Positions 1-10,813 of a stretch of 64,000 nucleotides of DNA are shown here, one piece after another. Source of the DNA: Leidyana gryllorum EB-2025a (Eukaryota; Protista; Apicomplexa); NCBI GenBank assembly GCA_048772705.1, contig JBLWGC010000043.1:489169-553168 (forward strand), written 5' to 3'. The notes under the pieces are model-generated. The model made no database searches, was not told the origin of the DNA, and worked only from the letters and a program-made list of their open reading frames with translations. How positions within the stretch are numbered: position 1 is the stretch's first letter; each line of letters begins with the position of its first letter. Position numbers and translations under genes: made by a program.

Positions 1-516
1 TTGCGGACAGATCGCTTAGGCCAGGAGCGACGACAAGTTGTGACTGCGTGCAAAGCCATGTCTGAAGCCCTCACAACGTCCACTTGTCCCAGCCGCATTC
101 TTCTTTTGCTGTTGGCCATCCGCAGCGGGGTGCGGATCAGTGAGAGTGTTTGGTGGCGCACAGAGCTGTCCAGATATCTCGAGGATGTGCAAAGCAAGAC
201 TGAGTGTGCTTTTCTTGAGGTCGTGGACGCAATTCGCGCTAGCAGTGCGAGCCAAATGCTGGAGGGGGTCATGCAGGCATATGATCGACTCACAGAGAGT
301 CACAGTAACCTGATCCGACGAGTCACAGTGAGCGCAGTCAAAGGCATCAATGTCTCAGACGCCGTTGTCGACAAATTGGACCCGATGGCAGAATTGAAGG
401 AAAAACGTTTACTACTAGTTGAGGTCACTGAAGATCAAGTCGCTGAGCTAACTAAAAGAATCGACTGCTTCCGCTCTCGTTTACCCCAATCTACCGCAAC
501 GACATCAGTGTACTAA
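1..516 (+). CDS. 3' end of an unidentified protein (helical/coiled-coil), truncated by window edge
   Basis: Open frame from the window start to TAA at 514-516; no recognisable motif. Confidence 0.5.
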   Translation: MRTDRLGQERRQVVTACKAMSEALTTSTCPSRILLLLLAIRSGVRISESVWWRTELSRYLEDVQSKTECAFLEVVDAIRASSASQMLEGVMQAYDRLTESHSNLIRRVTVSAVKGINVSDAVVDKLDPMAELKEKRLLLVEVTEDQVAELTKRIDCFRSRLPQSTATTSVY

Positions 517-590
517 CATAACAACACATCGTCGGCAACAGAGCAGCCGCCAGTCAGACAGATACCGATAAAACTGACGCCTCAGCTCCT

Positions 591-1646
591 TCACTCTCGA
601 ATAAGAATAGGGGAGAATCGAGGAGCATTCCAATTGGGAATCACCGCCAACAGCAGCACAGACACCAAACATGTGATCGACACACCCAGAATGTCAATTG
701 TCACTTGAATGGCAGCACCTGCAGAGAGAAGTGAGTGGGAGAGTGGGAGAGTGGGAGAGAGCAACAGTGCCAGTGATCGTAGCCGAGATCAAATGTGTGA
801 GAGGGGCAGTGACTTTAGTGAGTTAAACACAAAGTAGTGATTGTTTGTTTATACCTGCGTGTGCAGGATCGAATCCGCACCACCAGAGCGCCAAAGGCAT
901 AAAAGTGCCAATGAGGACCGCGACAAAGACGATCAAATACATTGAAGCGCAGATCGCTGAAACGCAGCAGGAGATGTCTCCGCTATGGGGGAAGAGTCGC
1001 TTACCGGCCACCTCCCATACTGTGCCTTCGAAGAGATAGACACGGGCAAAGGACACCGCGGATAGAATGGTCGCCAGCTTGAGACTGCGCAGACAAACAG
1101 AGTACGTTAGACATCTCGCCCCACCGCACTGCAGTCTACTCACCCCGTCCAGAGCTCGCGACGCACAAAGTGTTGGAGTGTCTTGTGGGGGTAAAAGTCG
1201 TTACGGGCGATGGCTCTGATGACCAGAACGGTAGATTGGCTACCGGCGTTGCCTCCGGCTCCAACGAGCATTGTGAGGAAGAATACAATGATGGGATGTT
1301 GGACCAACAGTCCCTGGAATCGCTTGAGGATAAAGGAGGATAGACTCTGGAGGACCAGAAGCGCTACGAGCCATGAGAAGCGATGAGAGAATCGATTAAG
1401 ACTCTCAACCTCATCGGGTACGCGGCGATCGCTTTCAAGTCCACCTCCAGTGTTGGTGGTTACAAGACAGGTGGCGGGTCCCAAGGTGCGGGCGCTGGGA
1501 TGTGTGACCATGCTGGGTACTTCGGACATGTAGTCGAGCACTTCGACGCTTTCGGCGCGGAGTGTACTCGGTCGCAACATTCCAACCCCCAAATTGATTG
1601 ATCTCTCCAATCCCACCTCAAACAGTGTTTCAGCAGATGACATCAT
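591..1646 (-). CDS. MgtE/SLC41-type divalent cation (Mg2+) transporter, membrane domain, multi-exon
   Basis: Motifs RFSWLVALLVLQ, MLVGAGGNAGSQS and DPAHAG-AAIQVTIDILG match the MgtE membrane domain. Intron 1085-1143 is GTGAGT...CTAAC...CAG, with further short introns; TGA at 591-593. Confidence 0.85.
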
Positions 1647-1674
1647 AACTATCTCTCTCTCTACACATTCATTG

Positions 1675-2607
1675 TTAAGGGATCTCGTGGCCCCCTTTGC
1701 GGGTTCTGAACCAGAGATGGCTCAGAAAATGGGTAAGCACTACGACTAAGAAGACAATTATCCAGAACCTATACGCTAGTAGTAATCTGCCGACTCGATG
1801 ATCTCACTCACCGCACATTCATCACAGGATCCAGATATTGAACGGGCAACTGACCCTCGTCTAACTTGTCCGCCACCTCTCTCCTGGTCACAGCTGACCG
1901 TCTCTCTACTTCCTCCACCACAACAGTGGGTGAAACGGCCAATCCGTCGCCTCCTCCAGACTGCTCTGGATTCTTCGGTGGGGGAGTGTGGGCGGGTACC
2001 TCGGCAGCAGCCTCGATCCGCTTGAGAACATCAGCCTCCTCCTTCGTGACCTCCTGACTGTTAGGAGCCATGTCGGCGACCGCAGTCTCGACCGCCTCTT
2101 CAGCACTACTCGACGACACCAACTCCGCCGTAGTCGGCTCCTCCTCCTCGGCGGCCGCCGCAGCTGCCGTCTCCGGCGCCGGCTTCAACAAGGCGTCCTT
2201 GAAAGACAGAGATTGCCGCGGCTCTGCACGTAATGAGACAGAGAAATCGATTTGGTTCCTGTCAATCTGCCCAACTCACCTCCTGCGTCCTCCTCATTGG
2301 CGGTTTCCCCCTCCGAAGGAGGAGCCTCCCGCAGTATCTGCTCTGTGGCCGGAACGATTCGGGTCGTATTCTGGTTGGGCTCGTAGGTGCGATGATGTCT
2401 TATTGTACGCTTCTCCAACAGCGGGTGTTCCAAGAACGCCCCTCGCTTGTCTGCGGGCAAAATCACTACAGCGCCAGGAGACGTCTTGGAGGCAAAGGGC
2501 GTGGGAGCTCTGCCCCCCATAGATTCGACAAGTTCATTCAGCTCGTCCAACACTTCAGCCTCCAAAGGCAAGACCGAATATACCTCTAAAGTTGGTGGAC
2601 TAGACAT
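1675..2607 (-). CDS. Unknown acidic/low-complexity protein with C-terminal transmembrane anchor (tail-anchored), 3 exons
   Basis: ORFs 2185-2733 and 1808-2191 join through GT-AG introns; the last exon encodes RFWIIVFLVVVLTHFLSHLWFRTRKGGHEIP*. Confidence 0.6.
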
Positions 2608-2656
2608 TTTTCCCGTATTCGCGCGAATTTTCCTTGAATGCATGTGCACATTAAGA

Positions 2657-5298
2657 TCACCAGATGAAGTCAGATTTTGCGTACATCGCCCACGGGAACT
2701 TCCGCAATAATGACATATTGAAAAACTTCTCAATGGGCAAATCGAGTTGTTTACAGAAGGTTACAGTGATTCTGCAAACAGAGAGAAATCAATCAAATAA
2801 CTTATAAAATGTGCCGTTTCAAGTCGCCGATTCCCAACACATTTTCGGAGACACACTCTCCACATTAATAATCAGAGCATCCGTCGTAACGAGATGCGGG
2901 GTGCAGTTTCAACGGCGACATCAAACGTAGAGCGCAGAACCGATGAATACTCACCTTGGATCCATATAGTGTTGCTTCGAAGTGTGGTTCGACACCGTCT
3001 TGTTCTCATCCTTGACCCGAATCCTCAACTCTTGATTGACGCGTTTGGTACTATACGGACGAACAGAGATGGCTATTGGGGAAAATGAGATTGACAATCA
3101 CTTACATTAGCTGTGTCAGCCGCTTCCCAACTTGATCTTCTCGCATGTTCGGTCTGACTGCAGACACTCTCGGAGGATCATCAGGACCCCGAGATTGAGC
3201 CTCGAAAGTAAATTCACGTTTGGAATCTTTCTTCAGATATGCGGCGTAGGCTTCCAACTCTTGAATGTCCTCACACAGCCAAGCCAACTGCTTCTGCAAC
3301 TTTTCCATCGACGCGTCGTGCTGTTTGGGAACACTACGCTGGTGATTACATAGGATGGCGACTTGACTGCAGAACGGCAATGAATGTCTTGCGCGCGAAT
3401 CGACCATACTCACCGATTAGCGTGTTCATAGAATCGCTTGCAGTCTTCAACATTACTTTTATCCACATTGTGATCAGGTTCGTCAATCTTGGCCAACTCT
3501 GACTGCAACGTGATGGACGCATTATAGGTTCTGAACACTTTTGCCGATAAACCAGGCATCAGATCTCGCAGATAACGATTGAGGGCACCTGGCTGAACCG
3601 CGAATGATGAGGGAATGTCATCGACAAAAACAAAGTCCACTCACCGAGGTGGTGTCAAATATGTTCTCTGTGGCGCTCTTGTTGGCACAGAAAGACTTGA
3701 GATTGTGATACGCCATTGGATCCAACGTGACAGTATTTAAGTATCGGATCGAGTCCTTCCCGAGAAAATCAAGGGTAATTTGACACTGCTCATCATCAAA
3801 AGCTGTCACGTGTTCAACTCTGAGACTGCAACACCCAACGGTATCAGCTTCTTCCTCACGATCTTTCTCATTCCCAACTCTCAGCGCCAAAGCGTCAATT
3901 ACGTAAGTAGCTGTACCCAACTGCTTCTCGGTGATGTCAGTGGCTGCAAACACACGTGTGTCATAGGAGACACGGAGAAATAATGTGCCACTTACACTGC
4001 ATCCGAGCCCGATAGTCCTTGCGAATGGCATAGATATGGTTCTTCAGCCTTCTCGCCAACTCGTACTTGAGATAATCTTTGATGCCCTTGACAGCACTCG
4101 AAGCGCCCAAGAACACATATTTTGGCTGATTGTTTACGGTATCCCTATATAAAGCCAGCCAAGTGACGCTGGGATCGTGATAGACATCTTGCCAACTATG
4201 GCCGCGTAGCCACTCAGGTAGTCGAGGCACCGGGGCGTTCTCGGACAGGTTTAAGATCACCTCATCAGGAAAGATTCTTCGCTTCAATTTCCCCATCTTT
4301 GGATGTTCACCACGTCCGCGAAACAGGCCTGGGACTTCGGCTTTGTAGCTAGCCACTTTTTCTCGAATCCAGTCATGCAGAGCGTACATGTGCGGGCCTT
4401 CCACCTTGAGCCTTTTGATCCTTTCCTCCTCACGTTCCTCCTTAGTTAGAGCTTTGCGATTCTCCTTCTCTTTGATCTTTTGTGCCTCCAAGAATTCACG
4501 GATTTCTGTGAAGTCCGCCTTTTCAAAGTATGGCAAGTTGGCCTCGACTCTGTTTCTTTTCCGCGAGCTGCTTCCCGGTGTCATGGCCAGCGCAGCAACT
4601 TTGGTATTCAATTCCATCGCCGGAGAGGGGTTGGAGGGAGTTGGAGCAGCAGCGCCGTCACTTGGGGGCTCCTCGTACCCGCCATTGATGAATTTGTGAT
4701 CCTCCGGGAAGGTGGAGAGGAAGGCTGTCCAGAAGTTGGTGACGAAGCGAGACTTTTCGGGATAGTCAGAAGTTTGGGCAGCACACCAGAAGTTCGCAAC
4801 CTCCTCTGACTGAGGGGGAAGCTCGATTCTGTGCCCGTTATATATCATAGGGATCTTGTGAGGCTGATACGGGGGATAGAACATGAGTCCATGATGTTCG
4901 AGATATCTCCATTGAGGATCATCCTTGCCCTTCATAGGCTTATCCCACCAGGTGTTAACAGGCTCGAAGTGCTCTTCAGTCAAGATGTGCTTTCGCTTTC
5001 GTGTGCCAGCATTTTTGGTTGGAGTTCGAGGCTCCTTCTTGACACTTGTCTCTTGTTTAGCCGAATTGGAGCGTTTGACGGGTGTTACAGGCTCGTGTTT
5101 GACTGTCTTGATTGGTGGCAGCTTAGTAGGGGGAATCAAAGGCTCCTCATCATCATCATCGTCTACAGGAGGTATGGGGACTGGAATAGGGGGCGGCAGG
5201 TCACTCGAGGCAGCGGGTAATATTGGCTCGTTATCGGACACATCCTCGTCAAGCACCATGTGTCGACTCTGCTGCCTGCGGGGTGGTTGGTCACCCAT
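2657..5298 (-). CDS. TOP1: DNA topoisomerase IB (multi-exon)
   Basis: [79 protein letters not shown]; catalytic Tyr in [10 protein letters not shown] (codon 2966-2968); last exon ITVTFCK...KFPWA. Confidence 0.97.
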
Positions 5299-5340
5299 CA
5301 GATCGGGGAAAAATTTTACAAAGTTGAACAAGGCTGATCG

Positions 5341-6167
5341 ATGAGGGTTTCAGATGCTGCTTACGCCCCGATAGGACAGAGTTTCAGCGTAGTGCCGACT
5401 ACGGCAGATGATCATCTCGTAAGCATTAGCGCTGCGCATTGTATTGTTGCGGCAGGTAACGTACGTTCCCGCGACGCACACTTATGTGGCCCCGGAGAGT
5501 ACTGCCACAGCGCCACTGAGAGAGTTGCAAGGCGACGAGTTTGATCCGTCAGCGCCTCCGATTGACAAGGCGCATCTGAAGTCTCTGTCTGGCATTATAG
5601 TGTCGTTGATATTCACGATGATGGTCATCTCAATGTATACCTGCCTTTCCCGGCCTGATTTCAGCTTTCCGTTTCTGCTAGTTGGTTACTACGCCTGGTG
5701 TGTACGTGGGCAGTGGAGTTCTTCAAAGATTTTCCGTGTCACACGTAATGGGCACACTAAAGAGGTGGAGAAAGTTTACGACCACACGACCAATCTGGTG
5801 TGTGCTACCCCCGAGACAGTAGCGAACGTGCAAGCTTTCAGCTATCTATTGGCAGCTATCAGTGTGCTCGACGCAATATGGATCTTCACGGGTTACAATG
5901 CCTGGACATGTCGTTTTGACGATCCCCCAAAGAATGATGACTCGAATCGCAAGGATCCGACCTTCTGCTTTGACGAGCGGTCCGAAAAGACCCTGATGAG
6001 TACCTATACAATTCACTCGTTCGCATTGCAGGCGTCTGTCATCAACATATTCTTGAAAGTGAGTATTGAAATCCCCCGTTTGTTGGTTGCCACACAAGTC
6101 GTAGGTGCTCACTGTGATCCTCTGCGCTTTATGGGTTTCGAGGCAGCAGAAGGCCCGATCAGCCTGA
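5341..6167 (+). CDS. Multi-pass membrane protein of unknown function (weak AGTRAP-like look), 3 exons
   Basis: About 4 hydrophobic segments in ORF 5444-6172; short GT-AG introns near 5419-5456 and 6059-6104. Confidence 0.55.
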
Positions 6168-8423
6168 ATTGACAGCTTCAACAGCAACAGCGGGTTGAGG
6201 CATGAGGCTGGGGAACTGCGCTGCCAACAATGTCTTGACCACTTCCCTCTCGTGTCGTCGATGATACTGAAGTGGATCGTCTTCTGCCCGTTGAAGACAC
6301 ACCCAATAGAGGCAGGCCATGACCCAATCTCTGGCCGGAGACCACTGAGCGACGACGAAAGTCGAAATTCGAGACAGCAGGACGACTCACCAAATGTTGA
6401 AAGACAATCTGTTTGGCCTCAATGTCAATCTCGAAGGCTAACCACCCGTTTATAGACCCTCGTACTCCTTTCTCTGTCCATTCCGGCACTAATCCACCTT
6501 TCTGGTACAACTCTTCTGCTTCGAGCACTATATGATTGAGACCTTCAGGACTCAAACACGCATCCGGAAGGTCCACACGGCACTTGAGCAGCACCTCCTG
6601 AGCTTCAACGTCGACGTAGGTGCTCAACTCATCCTCCTTGATCAAGCAAACTCTCTGCACGACGGCGGGGGATTGAGGGAAACAAAGACATTTTGTCTGA
6701 CTCACCCCTTGGGGTCTCGAGAGGACAATGGCACTGGAATACGGGCGGCTCTCCTCGTTCTCGTCCATGGTGCTGTGGATGATAAAGTTTGAGGGGTCGG
6801 CGGGCGGCAGAGACCCACCTGTCGTTCTCGGCTGCCAGTTCATCAGCTAAGCTTCCGAGCACGAGAACTTTATCTTTGATTGGAAACTCCAGCAACACTC
6901 TTTGAAGGAGATCGGGAGTGAACACCGAGAGTGCGGGTCTCAGAGCGACGAGTTTTTCCTTCAAAGCCCGCATTTCATTCCTCTCTCCGTGAACTAATAT
7001 CACAGAGGGAGGCATAATGCTGTCAATCAGATCGCTGGTCTGCTTGAAATCCGCGTGCGCCGAGAAGGATATCATCTCAAAGCTCGACCGAACGGGAATC
7101 TCTCGCCCATCGTTCCGAGTGATACTCGCCGGAAGCCCTTTGAGTTGATCTGCCAACGTTCCCCGCAAAGTGTACCCCGTCAAGATCACCCCGTTCCGGG
7201 CGTCTCCAGCCCACATCTCGAAGATCTCTCGAGAAGGACCACTCTGCAACATACCGGGAGCAGCGAGAACGACGCACGGCTCTGCGAAGATTGATTTGGG
7301 ACACTCCCAGCCAGAGACTCACCATCGCGTGTTAGAATAGCCCGAATTTCCTCAACACTCCGAGCAGACCGCACGTGTTTAAAGTTGAAGGCGTCTTGGC
7401 CTCTCATTGCCCGTTCCCGAACATAGTTTCCTCCATAGCCGGCCGCATATTCGGCCATAATTTCCATTCCCTTATCACTGAGAGCCGATAGATATATGAT
7501 GGGAGTCTTTGTCTCTCTCCGGCGACTCCACTGCTCATTCAGGATGAGGAGTAACTCTTGGACGCGGCCGAGCGCAAAGATGGGCAACAGACACTTCCCC
7601 CGTCTCCCCACCACAATGTTCTCAACAGCTTTGATGAACCGCCGCTCCCGCGCGAGGCGCTCTTCGTGGAGCTTAAGTCCATAGGTGGACTCACAAATCA
7701 AAACTTGGACGGACAAACCGCGGGGAACCGACGCCTTGGGGACATGTCTGTCCTCTTCGGCCGAGTAGTCACCTGGAAGAGTGTGTCGAACGGGAGGCCC
7801 CCCAGAAATGTCGCTGGGCTCTCACCGGTATAGAGGAGACGTATATCGCCGATTTTGACGGCGAACATACACGCGCCCACCACGTGCCCGGCTCCAAAGC
7901 AGGTGACTTCGATCCCACCATAGTCGACAGTTTGGCCAAAGTGCATAGTGTCAATCTTATCTAAGCACTTCTGGACATCATTCTGATTAAAGAGCCACGA
8001 CGCTCGGCCGCCAGAATGCTGTTTAGCGAATCCCGCATAGTCGTTCCAGACCAAAAGCGATAGAGCTTTGGTGGGTTCCGTCATTAATACCCGGCCACGG
8101 AACCACGTGTGGTTCAGCAGATACGGCAGCGCTCCACAGTGGTCGAGATGGAAGTGGGTAACCAGACAGAGTTCCACATCAGCCAAGTCGAGGACATCGA
8201 ATATAGGGAGGGCTGTCACACCAGTGTGGGCCGGGTGGATACCACAGTCGAACATTATCTTGCGGCCTTGGAACGATACGAGGATACATGAGCTGTTGTG
8301 GAGAGCGTCGCCGCCATAGTGACAATATTATAAAAGCACTCACCGCCCAACTTCGCATCCCGCCCCTAATGGGGTGACCTCGAGGTCAGAAGAAAGACGC
8401 CCTTCAACCTGGCGTCCCAGCAT
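6159..8423 (-). CDS. CPSF3: Cleavage and polyadenylation specificity factor 73 kDa endonuclease (CPSF3/Ysh1; metallo-beta-lactamase/beta-CASP), multi-exon
   Basis: PLGAGCEVGRSC, DCGIHP, THFHLDHCGALP, AGHVVGACMF, ESTYG, PIFALGRVQEL, SFSAHADF, LVHGE; C-terminal LLAAQFP. INTS11 paralog not formally excluded. Confidence 0.88.
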
Positions 8424-8457
8424 TGAGTGGTAAGTAGTTTTTTGGCATTGCCACCAA

Positions 8458-9098
8458 TGATGTACAACTGCTCTGAACCTCCTACCCCTCTTGACCACTC
8501 CGCTATGCGCTCTCATCACCACACTCCCACCGAGAATCATGTTGAAAGACTTCTATCTCCCAACACCCTCCCGCCTTTCCCCGCCTCCGACGCCCCTGTG
8601 CAATCAGAGCCGGCAATGTGGCCCACAAGCGTGGGGGCCTTGCTGCTCCTCGCAGGACATCTGGTAACTCCAGATCGTACCCACGCTCTATGCTGCAACC
8701 TCTTATGTCTCGTCGTCTGTCTCATCATGTCTCTCGCCCCCCGCTACCGACCCTGCAGTGCAAGTACTGCTCTCTTCACGGCCACTATCCTCGAATTCGC
8801 CTTTACTGTGTGGTGTTTCTGCCTCTTCTCGGAAGGCGAGGGTCCGATCACTAACCCCGCTGTCTACTTGCTGCTCGGCCCTCACATTGACCCTCGACCC
8901 CTCTGTCTGGCCACAGCCGCACTACTCATCGCCGCCTTCTCGTGCCACGGATACGCCTTCCTCCTCGCCAGAGCTTCTTCCTACGTCGATCTGCGGTCAC
9001 TCACCCGAGCAAAGATGCCCTCGAGCCCCACTCAATTAGGCTTCTTCGGCGCCGGAGGCCCTCACCACGACGACGATGTCGATTCCTCCTACCCCTAA
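8458..9098 (+). CDS. Hypothetical multi-pass membrane protein
   Basis: Single ORF with several hydrophobic segments. Confidence 0.5.
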
Positions 9099-9382
9099 TC
9101 ACCCCCAAAAGATCGATTCAAAAGCAAAGCAAAGTCTCCATCACCCGTCCCGGTTTCGGACTCTACAAATCTAGTTAGTGAATCCACTCCAAAGAGTGTG
9201 GACAACAATACATACATTATCCGTTGAACCAAAATCTTATATACACAGATAAATCGCATAAATGTGTCTGATGATTTGATGCTATTTCTCCGCAATGACT
9301 GACTGACTGATTCACTGTCTGTCTGGATGATTGAATGATCAATGACAACCGATCGACTACAATTCATCTAATACCCCCACTT

Positions 9383-10463
9383 TCAGTGCAGAGCTTTCGA
9401 AAGGAAGCTCACTTGAGCCCCCGGCTGCACCCCGTTGTTCCCCGGTGAACCCACACCTGTCGAAGTCGTGACCAAAAGCTGTTCTGAACTCTTTTTCTCA
9501 TCGTTCGTGAACAATGTGAACTCTCCGTTCTCAGATGGTGGAGATGACATGTCGGACGACATGGAAATCGTCACGAACGACTTGTCACCTGCGATACTCA
9601 CTTGTTCACCTGCCTCTTCTGAGCTTTGAACAGTCTCCTCAGCTGGAACACTCTCCTGCACCTCGTCTTTCAGCGTCCAACTCCACCGGTTCGATTGACG
9701 CTCAGCGTTCTGATAGTAGAATACTGCCGCATTCGCAGTGGGGTACAGTAATTCGAATGACAAGCGGAGTGCCTTGGCTGCAGAGTCTGTCCAGTACACT
9801 TTCCGCCGTTCTGCAAAGGGATTCCGAAATCCGAAACCCTTTCTGGCTTCCCTCAGATACAATCCCAGCTGCTCTGCCAGAAAGTACACATCAGCTCCCC
9901 CTGCGGGCTTAGCCCCCAAGAAAGTCAATCGACTGTAGTTAAATGGAGTGGATAGCTCTGTGGCATGAGCAGAAGACGACGAGCGACGCTTGTCAAGAGC
10001 CGTACCATAGTATGCCCCAACATATTTGGAAGGACAGTGTTCCCGTCTAGGGCTGGTGCATCTAAAGCGTTCCCCAAGATACTGAAGCATAAAGCGCCCG
10101 CCCGGTGTCTGACATTCGTCGCGCGCCTCGCCACTATAGCCAAAACGAATTCGCCAGACTGAGCCGCCATAACATCCGCAACTCAATCGGGGGTACCGTC
10201 GCGTTATTGTGAGGTTCTTACCTCCGGCCAATTCCTGTCACAAACGTGTGTGGTTGCGCTCAATTTTAGCTGGCACTTACCCATCCATCCTTCTTGCACG
10301 TGATCTGTGCCACAGATTCCTGCTCAAAGAGCTCCGGCCACCTTTCGAACCGCCAACAGACTATCAAACTCTCCACAATCGCTCTGCAATACGGGTTGCT
10401 GATATCGACATCCTCGCCAAAGATGCGGTGTCCAATGTGTGCTTCAAGTTCGCTTTGTTTCAT
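9383..10463 (-). CDS. Hypothetical protein, at least 2 exons
   Basis: MKQSELEAH... exon joins ORF 9383-10231 in frame via a GTAAGT...CAG intron; 3' end uncertain. Confidence 0.45.
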
Positions 10464-10813
10464 CGAGCAATACTATTAGGTGGCAGCGTCTATAGTGACG
10501 GCGCTGACGTTCTGTTGTTAGGTGTGGAGAGATACAGAGACATGTGTGTTGTTAGTCGGACAAATCCAGCACAATTCCGAGGGCGCCAATATAAACGCGC
10601 GGTCGCGTGTATTACGCACGCCTACACCAGCGCGATATTGTAACCAACTTACGAACAATTGATCACTCTGGAGTCCCGTCGCGTAGCGTGCGTGTTGGTC
10701 TGTGTGTTCTTAAGGGAGTGAGTACATGAACCACTGGTCAATTAGATCTCGGCATCAGCTCTTTCTGCGCGACTTTCTCTCTCGCTCGCAACCCCCACGT
10801 TCTGCAATCCCGG

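Noticed and set aside
3102-8540. Apparent frameshifts or fragmentation in TOP1 and CPSF73 (pseudogenes, or a split bi-subunit TOP1)
   Set aside because: The breaks examined coincide with short GT-AG introns that restore the frame.
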